The notes below the pieces were generated by a model. That model was not told the origin of the DNA, did no database searches, and was given only the letters and a program-made list of their open reading frames with translations. From Centroscyllium fabricii (Eukaryota), in assembly GCA_051313645.2 (NCBI GenBank), contig JBNRSN020000031.1, positions 4,030,001 through 4,094,000 on the forward strand: a stretch of DNA of 64,000 bases, written 5' to 3'. The translations under genes were made by a program, and so were the position numbers. This document shows, piece by piece, positions 40,901 through 57,339 of this stretch (position 1 is the stretch's first letter; each line of letters starts with the position of its first letter).

Positions 40901-41250
40901 GCATCTGTAAGGAATACCTATTATATTCACGTAATCACATGCTGAATTATCATTGGACCAAAGGCATCTGTAAGGACTACCTATTATATTCACGTAATCA
41001 CATGTTGAGTTATCATTGGCCCACAGGCATCTGTAAGGACTACCTATTATATTCACGTAATCACAAGCTGAATTATCATTGCCCACATGCATCTGTAAGG
41101 ACTACCTATTATATTCACGTATTCACATGCTGAGTTATCATTGGCCCACTGGCATCTGTAAGGACTACTATTGTATTAACTTAACCACATGCTGAGTTAT
41201 CATTGGCCGGAGGCATCTGTAAGGACTACCTATTATATTCACGTAATCAC
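31920..41250. repeat. ~4.6-4.8-kb higher-order repeat, 2 tandem copies differing by whole-monomer indels
   Basis: Offsets 32292/36923 (4631), 33545/38239 (4694), 34545/39176 (4631) and 35422/40241 (4819). Confidence 0.88.
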
Positions 41251-43289
41251 ATGCTGAGTTATCATTGGCCCACAGGCATCTTTAAGGACTACCTATTATA
41301 TTCACGTAATCACATGTTGAGTTATCATTGGCCCACAGGCATCTGGAAGGACTACCTATTATATTCACGTAATCACATGCTGAATTATCATTGGACCAAA
41401 TGCATCTGTAAGGACTACCTATTATATTCACGTAATCACTTGTTGAGTTATCATTGGCCCACAGGCATCTGTAAGGACTACCTATTATATTCACGTAATC
41501 ACATGCTGAGTTATCATTGGCCCACGGGCATCTGTAAGGTCTACTTTTGTATTCACGTAATCAAATGCTGAGTTATCATTGGCCTGCAGGCATCTGTAAG
41601 GACAACAATTATATTCACGTAATCACATGCTGAGTTATCATTGGCCCACAGGCATCTGTAAGGACTACCTATTATATTCACGTAATCATATGCTGAGTTA
41701 TCATTGGCACACAGGCATCTGTAAGGACTACCTATTATATTCACGTAATCACATGCTGAATTATCATTGGCCCGCAGGCATCTGTAAGGACTACCAATTA
41801 TATTCACGTGCTCACATGCTGAGTTATCATTGGCCCACAGGCATCTGTAAGGTCTAATATTGTATTCACGTAATCAAAAGCTTAGTTATCATTGGCCCAC
41901 AGGCATCTGTAAGGAGTACCTATTATATTCAGGTAATCACATGCTGAATTATCATTGGCCCACAGGCATCTATAAGGACTACCTATTATATTCACGTAAT
42001 CACATGCTGAGTTATCATTGGCCCACAGGCATCTGTAAGGACTACATGTTATATTCATGTAATCTCACGCTGAGTTATCATTGGCCCACAGGCATTTGTA
42101 AGGACTATGTATTATATTCACGTAATCACATGCTGAGTTAACATTGGCCCACAGGCATCTGTAAGGACAACCTATTATATTCACGTAATCACATGCTGAG
42201 TTATCATTGGCCCACAGGCATCTGTAAGGACTACCTATTATATTCACGTAATCCCATGCTGAGATATCATTGGCTCACAGGCATCTGTAAGGACTACCTA
42301 TTATATTCACGTAATCACATGCTGTGTTATCATTGGCCCACAGGCATCTGGAAGGACTACCTATTATATTCACGTAATCACATGCTGAATTATCATTGGA
42401 ACAAAGGCATCTGTAAGTACTACTATTGTATTCACGTAATCAAATGCTGAGTTATCATTGGCCCACAGGCATCTGTAAGAACTAACTATAATATTTACGT
42501 AATCACATGCTGAGTTGTCATTGGCCCACAGGCATCTTGAAGGACTACCTATTATATTCACGTAATCACATCCTGAATTATCATTGGACCAAAGGCATCT
42601 GTAAGGACTACCTATTATTTTCACTTAATCACATGTTGAGTTATCATTGGCCCACAGGCATCTGTAAGGACTAACTATTATATTCAAGTAATCACATGCT
42701 GAGTTATCATTGGCCCACAGGCATCTGGAAGGACTACCTATTATATTAACGTATTCACATGCTGAGTTATCATTGGCCACAGGCATCTGTAAGGACAACC
42801 TATTATATTCACGTAATCACATGCTGACTTATCATTGGCCCAAAGGCATCTGTAAGGACTACCTATTATATTCACGTAATCAAATGCTGAGTTATCATTG
42901 GCCTGCAGGCATCTGTAAGGTCTGTCTATTATATTCACGTAATCACATGCTGAGTTATCATTGGCCACAGGCATCTGTAAAGACTATCTATTATATTCAC
43001 GTTATCACATGCTGAGTTATTATTGGCCCACAGGCATCTGTAAGGACTAATATTGTATTCACGTAATCACATGCTGAGTTATCATTGGCCCACAGGCATC
43101 TGTAAGGACTACCTGTTATATTCATGTAATCTCATGCTGAGTTATCATTGGCCCACAGGCATTTTTAAGGACTATGTATTATATTCACGTAATCACATGC
43201 TGAGTTAACATTGGCCCACAGGCATCTGTAAGGACTACCTATTATATTCACGTAATCACATGCTGAGTTATCATTGGCCCACAGGCATC

Positions 43290-46200
43290 TGTAAGGACTA
43301 CCTATTATGTTCACGTAATCCCATGCTGAGATATCATTGGCCCATAGGCATCGGTAAGGACTACCTATTATATTCACGTAATCACATGCTAAGTTATCAT
43401 TGGCCCACAGGCATCTGTAAGGACTTCCTATTATATTCACGTAAACACAAGCTGAATTATCGTTGGCCCACAGGCATCTGTAATGACTACCTATTATATT
43501 TACGTAATCACATGCTGAGTTATCATTGGCCCGCAGGCATCTGTAAGGACTACCAATTATATTCACGTGATCACATGCTGAGTTATCATTGGCCCACAGG
43601 CATCTGTAAGGACTACTATTTTATTCAATTAAACAAATGCTGAGTTATCATTGGCCCACAGGCATCTGTAAGGACTACTAATGTATTCACGTAATCACAT
43701 GCTGAGTTATCATTGGCCTGCAGGCATCTGTAAGGACTACCTATTATATTCACGTAATCAGACGCTGAGATATCATTGGCCCACAGGCATCTGTAAGGAT
43801 TACTATTATATTCACGTAATCACATGCTGAGTTATCATTGGCCCACTGGCTTCTGTAAGGACTACTATTGTATTCAAGTAATCAAATGCTGAGTTATCAT
43901 TGGTCAACAGGCATCTGTAAGGACTACTATTGTATTCACGTAATCACATGCTGAGTTATCATTGGCCCGCAGGCATCTGTAAGGGCTCCTATTATATTCA
44001 CGTAATCACATGCTGAGTTATCATTGGCCCACTGGCATCTGTAAGGACTACCTATTATATTCACGTAATCACATGCTGAATTATCATTGGCCCACTGGCA
44101 TTTGTAAGGGCTACCTATTATATTCACGTAATCACATGCTGAGTTATCATTGGCCCACAGACATCTGTAAGGACTACCTATTTTATTCACGTAATCACAT
44201 GATGTGTTATCATTGGCCCACAGGCATCTGTAAGGACTACCTATTATATTCCCGCAATAATATGCTGAGTTATCATTGGCCCATGGGCATCTGTAAGGTC
44301 TACCTATTATATTCACGTAATCAAATGCTGAGATATCATTGGCCCACAGGCTACTGTAAGGACTACCTATTATATTCATGTAATCACATGCTGAATTATC
44401 ATTGGCCCACAGGCATCTGTAAAAACTACCTATTATATTCACGTAATCACATGCTGAGTTATCATTGGCCCAAAGGCATCTGTAAGGACTACCTGTTATA
44501 TTCACGTAATCCCATGCTGAGTTTTCATTGGCCCACAGGCATTTGGAAGGACTACCTATTATATTCACGTATTCACATGCTGAGTTATCATTGGCCCACA
44601 GCCATCTGTAAGGACTACATTATATATTCACGTAATCACATGCTGAGTTATCATTGGCCAACAGGCATCTGTAAGGACTACCTATTATATTCATGTAATC
44701 ATATGCTGAGTTATCATCGGCCAACAGTCACCTGTAAGGACAACCTATTGTATTCAATGTATCACATGCTGAGTTATCATTGGCTCACAGGCATCTGTAA
44801 GGACTACCTATTATATTCACGTAATCCCATGCTGAGATATCATTGGCCCACAGGCATCAGTAAGGACTACCTATTATATTCACGTAATCACATGCTAAGT
44901 TATCATTGGCCCACAGGCATCTGTAAGGACTTCCTATTATATTCACGTAATCACATGCTGAATTATCGTTGGCCCACAGGCATCTGTAATGACTACCTAT
45001 TATATTTACGTAATCACATGCTGAGTTATCATTGGCCCGCAGGCATCTGTAAGGACTACCAATTATATTCACGTGATCACATGCTGAGTTATCATTGGCC
45101 CACAGGCATCTGTAAGGACAACTATTGTATTCAATTAACCAAATGCTGAGTTATCATTGGCCCACAGGCATCTGTAAGGACTACTAATGTATTCACGTAA
45201 TCACATGCTGAGTTAACATTGGCCCGCAGGCATCTGTAAGGACTACCTATTATATTCACGTAATCAGACGCTGAGATATCATTGGCCCACAGGCATCTGT
45301 AAGGATTATTATTATATTCACGTAATCACATGCTGAGTTATCATTGGCCCACTGGCATCTGTAAGGACTACTATTGTATTCAAGTAATCAAATGCTGAGT
45401 TATCATTGGCCCACAGGCATCTGTAAGGACTACTATTGTATTCACGTAATCACATGCTGAGTTATCATTGGCCCGCAGGCATCTGTAAGGGCTCCTATTA
45501 TATTCACGTAATCACATGCTGAGTTATCATTGGCCCACAGGCATCTGTAAGGACTACCTATTATATTCATGTAATCACATGCTGAATTATCATTGGCCCA
45601 CTGGCATTTGTAAGGGCTACCTATTATTTTCACGTAATCACATGCTGAGTTATCATTGGCCCACAGACATCTGTAAGGACTACCTATTTTATTCTCGTAA
45701 TCACATGATGTGTTATCATTGGCCCACAGGCATCTGTAAGGACTACCTATTATATTCCCGCAATAATATGCTGAGTTATCATTGGCCCATGGGCATCTGG
45801 ACGGTCTCCCTATTATATTCACGTAATCAAATGCTGAGATATCATTGGCCCACAGGCTACTGTAAGGACTACCTATTATATTCAGGTAATCACATGCTGA
45901 ATTATCATTGGCCCACAGGCATCTGTAAAAACTACCTATTATATTCACGTAATCACATGCTGAGTTATCATTGGCCCAAAGGCATCTGTAAGGACTACCT
46001 GTTATATTCACGTAATCCCATGCTGAGTTTTCATTGGCCCACAGGCATTTGGAAGGACTACCTATTATATTCATGTATTCACATGCTGAGTTATCATTGG
46101 CCCACAGCCATCTGTAAGGATTACATTATATATTCACGTAATCACATGCTGAGTTATCATTGGCCAACAGGCATCTGTAAGGACTACCTATTATATTCAT

Positions 46201-46320
46201 GTAATCATATGCTGAGTTATCATCGGCCAACAGTCACCTGTAAGGACAACCTATTGTTTTCAATGTATCACATGCTGAGTTATCATTGGCTCACAGGCAT
46301 CTGTAAGGACTACCTATTAT
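43290..46320. repeat. 1506-bp (24-monomer) higher-order repeat, 2 copies
   Basis: gggctcctatt at 43983 and 45489; ORF pairs 43936/45442 and 44010/45516. Confidence 0.87.
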
Positions 46321-49300
46321 ATTCACGTAAACACATGCTGAGTTATCATTGGCACACAGGCATCTGTAAGGATTACCTATTATATTCACGTAATCACATG
46401 TTGAGTTATCATTGGCCCACAGGCATCTGTAAGGACTACCTATTATATTCACGTAATCACATGCTGAGCTTTCATTGGCCCATAGGCATCTGGAAGGACT
46501 ACCTATTATATTCACGTAGTCAAATGCTGAATTATCATTGGAACAAAGGCATCTGTAAGTACTACTAATGTATTCACGTAATCAAATGCTGAGTTATCAT
46601 TGGCCCACAGGCATCTGTAAGAACTAACTATTATATTTACGTAATCACATGCTGAGTTGTCATTGGCCCACAGGCATCTTGAAGGACTACCTATTATATT
46701 CACGTAATCACATGCTGAATTATCATTGGACCAAAGGCATCTGTAAGGACTACCTATTATTTTCACTTAATCACATGTTGAGTTATCATTGGCCCACAGG
46801 CATCTGTAAGGACTAACTATTATATTCAAGTAATCAAATGCTGAGTTATCATTGGCCCACAGGCATCTGGAAGGACTACCTATTATATTCACGTATTCAC
46901 ATGCTGAGTTATCATTGGCCACAGGCATCTGTAAGGACAACCTATTATACTCACGTAATCACATGCTGAGTTATCATTGGCCCACAGGCATCTGTAAGGA
47001 CTACCTATTATATTCACGTAATCAAATGCTGAGTTATCATTGGCCTGCAGGCATCTGTAAGGTCTGTCTGTTATATTCACGTAATCACATGCTGAGTTAT
47101 CATTGGCCACAGGCATCTGTAAAGACTATCTATTATATTCACGTTATCACATGCTGAGATATTATTGGCCCACAGGCATCTGTAAGGACTACCTATTATA
47201 TTCTCGTAATCACATGCTGAGTTATCATTGGCCCACAGGCACCTGTAAGGACTACCTGTTATATTCACGTAATCACATGCTGAGTTATCATTGGCCCACA
47301 GACATTTGGAAGGACTACCTATTATATTCACGTATTCACATGCAGAGTTATCATCGGCCAACAGTCATCTGTAAGGACAACCTATTGTATTCAAGTAATC
47401 ACATGCTGAGTTATCATTGGCCCACAAGCATCTGTAAGGACTACAGATTATATTCACGTAAGCACATGCTGAGTTATCATTGGCCCACAGGCGTCTGTAA
47501 GGACTACCTATTATATTCACGTAATCACATGCTGAGTTATCATTGGCCCACAGGTATCTGTAAGGACTACCTATTATATTCACGTAATCACTTGCTGAGT
47601 TATCATTGGCCCACTGGCATCTGTAAGGACTACGTATTATATTCACGTAATCACATGCTGAGTTATCATTGGCCCACAGGTATCTGTAAGGACTACCTAT
47701 TATATTCACGTAATCACATGCTGAGTTATCATTGGCCCACAGGCTTCTGGAAGGACTACCTATTATATTAACGTAATCACATGCTGAATTATCATTGGAC
47801 CAAAGGCATCTGTAAGGACTACCTATTATATTCACGTAATCACATGTTGAGTTATCATTGGCCCACAGGCATCTGTAAGGACTACCTATTATATTCACGT
47901 AATCACATGCTGAGTTATCATTGGCCCACAGGCATCTGTAAGGACTACCTATTATATTCACGTAATCACATGCTGAATTATCATTGGACCAAAGGCATAT
48001 GTAAGGACTACCTATTATATTCACGTAATCACATGTTGAGTTATCATTGGCCCACAGGCATCTGTAAGGACTACCTATTATATTCACGTAATCACATGCT
48101 GAGTTATCATTGGCCACAGGCATCTGTAAGGACAACCTATTATATTCACGTAATCACATGCTGAGTTATCATTGGCCCACAGGCATCTTTAAGGTCTACT
48201 TATTATATTTACGTAAACAAATGCTGAGTTATCATTGGCCTGCAGGCATCTGTAAGGACTGCCTATTATATTCACGTAATCACATGCTGAGTTATCATTG
48301 GCCCACAGGCATCTGTAAGGTCTACCTATTATATTCCCGCAATAATATGCTGAGTTATCATTGGTCCATGGGCAGCTGTAAGGTCTACCTATTATATTCA
48401 CGTAATCAAATGCTGAGATATCATTGGCCCACAGTCTACTGTAAGGACTACCTATTATATTCAGGTAATCACATGCTGAATTATCATTGGCCCACAGGAA
48501 TCTGTAAAAACTACCTATTATATTCACGTAATCACATGCTGAGTTATCATTGGCCCAAAGGCATCTGTAAGGACTACCTGTTATATTCATGTAATCCCAT
48601 GCTGAGTTTTCATTGGCCCACAGGCATTTGGAAGGACTACCTATTATATTCACGTATTCACATGCTGAGTTATCATTGGCCCACAGCCATCTGTAAGGAC
48701 TACCTATTATATTCATGTAATCATATGCTGAGTTATCATCGGCCAACAGTCACCTGTAAGGACAACATATTGTATTCAATGAATCACATGCTGAGTTATC
48801 ATTGGCTCACAGGCATCTGTAAGGACTACCTATTATATTCACGTAATCACATGCTGAGTTATCATTGGCACACAGGCATCTGTAAGGACTACCTATTATA
48901 TTCACGTAATCACATGCTGAGTTATCATTGGCCCACAGGCATCTGTAAGGACTACCTATTATATTCACGTAATCACATGCTGAGTTATCATTGGCCCACA
49001 GGCATCTGGAAGGACTACCTATTATATTCACGTAATCACATGCTGAATTATCATTGGAACAAAGGCATCTGTAAGTACTAATATTGTATTCACGTAATCA
49101 AATGCTGAGTTATCATTGGCCCACAGACATCTGTAAGAACTAACTATTATATTTACGTAATCACATGCTGAGTTATCATTGGCCAACAGGCATCTGGAAG
49201 GACTACCTATTATATTCAGGTAATCACATGCTGAGTTATCATTGGCCCGCAGGCATCTGGAAGGACTACCGATTATATTCACGTAATCACATGCTGAATT

Positions 49301-52300
49301 ATCATTGGACCAAAGGCATCTGTAAGGACTACCTATTATTTTCACTTAATCACATGTTGAGTTATCATTGGCCCACAGGCATCTGTAAGGACTAACTATT
49401 ATATTCTAGTAATCACATGCTGAGTTATCATTGGCCCACAGGCATCTGGAAGGACTACCTATTATATTCACGTATTCACATGCTGAGTTATCATTGGCCA
49501 CAGGCATCTGTAAGGAAAACCTATTATATTCACGTAATCACATGCTGAGTTATCATTGGCCCACAGGCATCTGTAAGGACTACCTATTATATTCACGTAA
49601 TCAAATGCTGAGTTATCATTGGCCAGCTGGCATCTGAAAGGTCTGTCTATTATATTCACGTAATCACATGCTGACTTATCATTGGCCACAGGCATCTGTA
49701 AAGACTATCTATTATATTAACGTTATCACATGCTGAGTTATCATTGGCCCACAGGCATCTGTAAGGACTACGTTTTATATTCACGTAATCACATTCTGAA
49801 TTATCATTGGCCCACAGGCATCTGTAAGGACTACCTGTTATATTCACGTAATCACATGCTGAGTTATCATTGGCCCACAGACATTTGGAAGGACTACCTA
49901 TTATATTCACGTATTCACATGCAGAGTTATCATCGGCCAACAGTCATCTGTGAGGAAAACCTATTGTATTCAAGTAATCACATGCTGAGTTATCATTGGC
50001 CCACAGACATCTGTAAGGACTACCTATTATATTCACGTAATCACATGCTGAGTTATCATTGGCCCACAGGCATCTGTAAGGACTACCTATTATATTCACG
50101 TAATCACATGCAGAGTTATCATTGGCCCACAGGTATCTGTAAGGACTACCTATTATATTCACGTAATCACATGCTGAGTTATCATTGGCCCACTGGCATC
50201 TGTAAGGACTACGTATTATATTCACGTAATCACATGCTGAGTTATCATTGGCCCACAGGTATCTGTAAGGACTACCTATTATATTCACGTAATCACATGC
50301 TGAGTTATCATTGGCCCACAGGCATCTGTAAGGACTACCTATTATATTCACCTAATCACATGCTGAATTATGATTGGCCCACAGGCATCTGGAAGGACTA
50401 CCTATTATAATCACGTAATCACATGCTGAGTTATCATTGGCCACAGGCATCTGTAAGGACAACCTATTATATTCACGTAATCACATGCTGTGTTATCATT
50501 GGCCCACAGGCATCTTTAAGGACTACCTATTATATTCATGTAATCAAGTGCTGAGTTATCATTGGCCTGCAGGCATCTGTAAGGACTGCCTATTATATTC
50601 ACGTAATCACATGCTGAGTTATCATTGGCCCACAGGCATCTGTAAGGACTACCTATTATATTCACGTAATCACATGCTGAGTTATCATTGGCGACAGGCA
50701 TCTGTAAAGACTACCTATTATATTCACGTAATCACATGCTGAGTTATCATTGGCCCACAGGCATCTGTAAGGACTACCTTTTATATTCACGTAATCACAT
50801 GCTGAGTTATCATTGGCCCACAGGCATCTGTAAGGACTACCTTTTATATTCACGTAATCACATGCTGAGATATCATTGGCCCACAGGCATCTGTAAGGAC
50901 TACCTATTATATTCACGTAATCACATGCTGAGTTATCATTGGCCCACAGGCATCTGTAAGGACTACATATTATATTCACGTAATCACATGCAGAGTTATC
51001 ATTGGCCCACTGGCATCTGTAAGGACTACCTATTATATTCACGTAATCACATGCTGAGATATCATTGGCCCACAGGCATCTGTAAGGACTACCTATTATA
51101 TTCACGTAATCACATGCTAAGTTATCATTGGCCCACAGGCATCTGTAAGGACTACCTATTATATTCACGTAATCACATTCTGAATTATCATTGGCCCACA
51201 GGCATCTGTAAGGACTACATATTATATTCCCGTAATCATATGCTGAGTTATCATTGGCCCACAGGCATCTGTAAGGATTACCTTTTATATTCACGTAATC
51301 ACATGCTGAGTTATCATTGCGCACAGGCATCTGTAAGGACTACTTATTATATTCACGCAACAATATGCTGAGTTATCATTGGCCCATGGGCAACTGTATG
51401 GTCTACCTATTATATTCACGTAATCAAATGCTGAGATATCATTGGCCCACAGGCAACTGTAAGGACTACCTATTATATTCAGGTAATCACATGCTGAATT
51501 ATCATTGGCCCACAGGCATCTGTAAAAACTACCTATTATATTCACGTAATCACATGCTGAGTTATCATTGGCCCACAGGCATCTGTAAGGACTACCAGTT
51601 ATATTCACGTAATCCCATGCTGAGTTTTAATTGGCCCACAGGCATTTGGAAGGCTACCTATTATATTCACGTATTCACATGCTGAGTTATCATTGGCCCA
51701 CAGCCATCTGTAAGGATTACCTTTTATATTCACGTAATCACATGCTGAGTTATCATTGGCCAACAGGCATCTGTAAAGACTACCTATTATATTCACGTAA
51801 TCACATGCTGAGTTACCATTGGCCCACAGGCATCTGGAAGGACTACCTATTATATTCACGTATTCACATTCTGAGTTATCATTGGCCACAGGCATCTGTA
51901 AGGATAACCTATTATATTCACGTAATCACATGCTGAGTTATCATTGGCCCACAGGCATCTGTAAGGACTACCTATTATATTCACGTAATCAAATGCTGAG
52001 TTAGCATTGGCCTGCAGGCATCTGTAAGGTCTGTCTATTATATTCACGTAATCACATGCTGAGTTATCATTGGCCACAGGCATCTGTAAAGACTATCTAT
52101 TATATTCATGTTATCACATGCTGAGTTATCATTGGCCCACAGGCATCTGTAAGGACTACCTTTTATATTCACGTAATCAGATGCTGAATTATCATTGGAC
52201 CACAGGCATCTGTAAGGACTACCTATTATATTCTCGTAATCACATGCTGAGTTATCATTGGCCCACAGGCATCTGTAAGGACTACCTTTTATTTTCACGT

Positions 52301-55300
52301 AATCACATGCTGAATTATCATTGGCCCACAGGCATCTGTAAGGACTACCTATTATATTCTCGTAATCACATGCTGAGTTATCATTGGCCCACAGGCATCT
52401 GTAAGGACTACCTATTATATTCACGTATTCACATGCAGAGTTATCATCGGCCAACAGTCATCGGTAAGGACAACCTATTGTATTCAAGTAATCACATGCT
52501 GAATTATCATTGACCCACAGGCATCTGTAAGGACTACCTATTATATTCACGTAATCACATGCTGAGTTATCATTGGCCCACAGGCATCTGTAAGGACCAC
52601 CTATTATATTCACGTAATCACATGCTGAGTTATCATTGGCCCACAGGTATCTGTAAGGACTACCTATTATATTCACGTAATCACATGCTGAGTTATCTTT
52701 GGCCCACAGGCTTCTGGAAGGACTACCTATTATATTCACGTAATCACATGCTGTATTATCATTGCACCAAAGGCATCTGTAAGGACTACCTATTATATTC
52801 ACGTAATCACATGTTGAGTTATCATTGGCCCAAAGGCAGCTGTAAGGACTACCTATTATATTCACGTAATCACATGCTGAATTATGATTGGCCCACAGGC
52901 ATCTGGAAGAACTACATATTATATTCACGTAATCACATGCTGAGTTATCATTGGCCACAGGAATCTGTAAGGACAACCTATTATATTCACGTAATCACAT
53001 GCTGAGTTATCATTGGCCCACAGGCATCTTTAAGGACTACCTATTATATTCACGTAATCAAATGCTGAGTTATCATTGGCCTGCAGGCATCTGTAAGGGC
53101 TGCCTATTATATTCACATAATCACATGCTGAGTTATCATTGGCCCACAGGCATCTGTAAGGACTACATATTATATTCACGTAATCACTTGCTGAGTTATC
53201 ATTGGCGACAGGCATCTGTAAAGACTACCTATTATATTCACGTAATCACATACTGAGTTATCATTGGCCCACAGGCATCTGTAAGGACTACCTTTTATAT
53301 TCACGTAATCACATGCTGAATTATCATTGGCCCACAGGCATCTGTAAGGACAACCTATTATATTCACATAATCACATGCTGAGTTATCATTGGCCCACAG
53401 GCAACTGTAAGGACTACCTATTATATTCACGTAATCACATGCTGAGATATCATTGGGCCACAGGCATTTGTAAGGACTACCTATTATATTCACGTAATCA
53501 CATGCTGAGTTATCATTGGCCCACAGGCAGCTGTAAGGACTACCTATTATATTCACGTAATCACATGCTGAATTATCATTGGCCCACAGGCATCTTTAAG
53601 GACTACCTATTATATTCACGTAATCACATGCTGAGTTATCATTGGCCCACTGGCATCTGTAAGGTCTACCTATTAAATTCACGTAATCACATGCTGAGAT
53701 ATCATTGGCCCACAGGCATCTGTAAGGACTACCTATTATATTCACGTAATCACATGCTAAGTTATCATTGGCCCACAGGCATCTGTAAGGACTACCTATT
53801 ATATTCACGTAATCACATGCTTAATTATCATTGGCCCACAGTCATCTGTTAGGACTACCTATTATATTCCCGTAATCGTATGCTGAGTTATCATTGGCCC
53901 ACAGGCATCTGTAAGGATTACCTTTTATATTCACGTAATCACATGCTGAGTTATCATTGGCCCACAGGCATCTGGAAGGACTACCTATTATATTCACGTA
54001 ATCACATGCTGAGTTATCATTGGCCCACAGGGATCTGGAAGGACTACCTATTATATTCGCGTAATCACATGCTGAATTATCATTGGACCAAAGGCATCTG
54101 TAAGGACTACCTATTATATTCACGTAATCACATGTTGAGTTATCATTGGCCCACAGGCATCTGTAAGGACTACCTATTATATTCAGGTAATCACATGCTG
54201 AATTATCATTGCCCACAGGCATCTATAAGGACTACCTATTATATTCACGTAATCACATGCTGAGTTATCATTGGCCCACTGGCATCTGTAAGGACTACTA
54301 TTGTATTTACTTAACCTCATGCTGAGTTATCATTGGCCGCAGGCATCTGTAAGGACTACCTATTATATTCACGTAATCACATGCTGAGATATCATTGGCC
54401 CACAGGCATCTGTTTGGTCTACCTATTATATTTACGTAATCACATGCTGAGTTATCATCGGCCCACAGGCATCTGTTAGGACTACCAATTATATTCACGT
54501 GATCACATGCTGAGTTATCATTGGCCCACAGGCTTCTGGAAGGACTACCTATTATATTCATGTAATCACATGCTGAATTATCATTGGACCAAAGGCATCT
54601 GTAAGGACTACTATTGTATTCACGTAATCATTTGCTGAGATATCATTGGCCCACAGGCATCTGTAAGGACTACCTATTATATTTACGTAATCACATGCTG
54701 AGTTATCATTGGCCAACAGGCATCTGTAAGGACTACCTATTATATTCACGTAATCACATGCTGAGTTATCATTGCACACAGGCATCTGTAAGGACTGCCT
54801 ATTATATTCACGTAATCACATGCTGAGTTATCATTGGCCGCAGGCATCTGTAAGGACTACCCATTATATTCATGTTATCACATGCTGAGTTATCATTGGC
54901 CCACAGGCATCTGTAAGGACTACTATTGTATTCACGTAATCAAATGCTGAGTTATCATTGGCCCACAGGCATCTGTAATGACTACCTATTATATTTACGT
55001 AATCACATGCTGAGTTATCATTGGCCCGAATGCATCTGTAAGGACTACATATTATATTCACGAAATCACATGCTGAATTATCATTGGCCAACAGGCATTT
55101 GTAAGGGCTACCTATTATATTCACGTAATCACATGCTGAGTTATCATTGGCCCACAGGCATCTGTAAGGACTACCTATTTTATTCACGTAATCACATGAT
55201 GTGTTATCATTGGCCCACAGGCATCTGTAAGGACTAACTATTATATTCCCGCAATAATATGCAGAGTTATCATTGGCCCATGGGCATCTGTAAGGTCTAC

Positions 55301-57339
55301 CTATTATATTCACATAATCAAATGCTGAATTATCATTGGCCCACAGGCTACTGTAAGGACTACCTATTATATTCAGGTAATCACATGCTGAATTATCATT
55401 GGCCCACAGGCATCTGTAAAAACTACCTATTATATTCACGTAATCACATGCTGAGTTAGCATTGGCCCAAAGGCATCTGTAAGGACTACCTGTTATATTC
55501 ACGTAATCCCATGCTGAGTTTTCATTGGCCCACAGGCATTTGGAAGGACTACCTATTATATTCACATATTCACATGCTGAGTTATCATTGGCCCACAGCC
55601 ATCTGTAAGGACTACCTTTTATATTCACGTAATCACATGCTGAGTTATCATTGGCCAACAGGCATCTGTAAGGACTACCTATTATATTCATGTAATCATA
55701 TGCTGAGTTATCATCGGCCAACAGTCACCTGTAAGGACAACCTATTGTATTCAATGAATCACATGCTGAGTTATCATTGGCTCACAGGCATCTGTAAGGA
55801 CTACCTATTATATTCAGGTAATCACATGCTGAGTTATCATTGGCCCGCAGGCATCTGGAAGGACTACCTATTATATTCACGTAGTCACATGCTGAATTAT
55901 CATTGGACCAAAGGCATCTGTAAGGATTACCTATTATTTTCACTTAATCACATGTTTAGTTATCATTGGCCCACAGGCATCTGTAAGGACTAACTATTAT
56001 ATTCAAGTAATCACATGCTGAGTTATCATTGGCCCACAGGCATCTGGAAGGACTACCTATTATATTCACGTATTCACATGCTGAGTTATCATTGGCCACA
56101 GGCATCTGTAAGGACAACCTATTATATTCACGTAATCACATGCTGAGTTATCATTGGCCCACAGGCATCTGTAAGGACTACCTATTATATTCACGTAATC
56201 AAATGCTGAGTTATCATTGGCCTGCAGGCATCTGTAAGGTCTGTCTATTATATTCACGTAATCACATGCTGAGTTATCATTGGCCACAGACATTTGGAAG
56301 GACTACCTATTATATTCACGTATTCACATGCAGAGTTATCATCGGCCAACAGTCATCTGTAAGGACAACCTATTGTATTCAAGTAATCACATGCTGAGTT
56401 ATCATTGGCCCACAGGCATCTGTAAGGACTACCTATTATATTCACGTAATCACATGCTGAGTTATCATTGGCCCACAGGCATCTGTAAGGACTACCTATT
56501 ATATTCACGTAATCACATGCTGAGTTGTCATTGGCCCACAGGTATCTGTAAGGACTACCTATTATATTCACGTATTCACATGCAGAGTTATCATCGGCCA
56601 ACAGTCATCTGTAAGGACAACCTATTGTATTCAATTAATCACATGCTGAGTTATCATTGGCCCACAGGCATCTGTAAGGACTACCTATTATATTCACATA
56701 ATCACATGCTGAGTTATCATTGGCCCACAGGCATCTGTAAGGACTACCTATTATATTCACGTAATCACATGCTGAGTTATCATTGGCCCACAGGTATCTG
56801 TAAGGACTACCTATTATATTCACGTAATCACATGCTGAGTTATCATTGGCCCACTGGCATCTGTAAGGACTACGTATTATATTCACGTAACCACATGCTG
56901 AGTTATCATTGGCCCACAGGTATCTGTAAGGACTACCTATTATATTCACGTAATCACATGCTGAGTTATCATTGGCCCACAGGCTTCTGGAAGGTCCACC
57001 TATTATATTCACGTAATCACATGCTGAATTATCATTGGACCAAAGGCATCTGTAAGGACTACTATTGTATTCACGTAATCATTTGCTGAGATATCATTGG
57101 CGCACAGGCATCTGTAAGGACTACCTATTATATTTACGTAATCACATGCTGAGTTATCATTGGCCCACAGGCATCTGGAAGGACTACCTATTATATTCAC
57201 GTAATCACATGTTGAATTATCATTGGACAAATGTCATCTGTAAGGACTAAATATTATATTCACATAATCACATGCTGAGTTATCATTGTCCCACAGGCAT
57301 CTGTAAGGACTACCTATTATATTCACGTAATCACATGCT

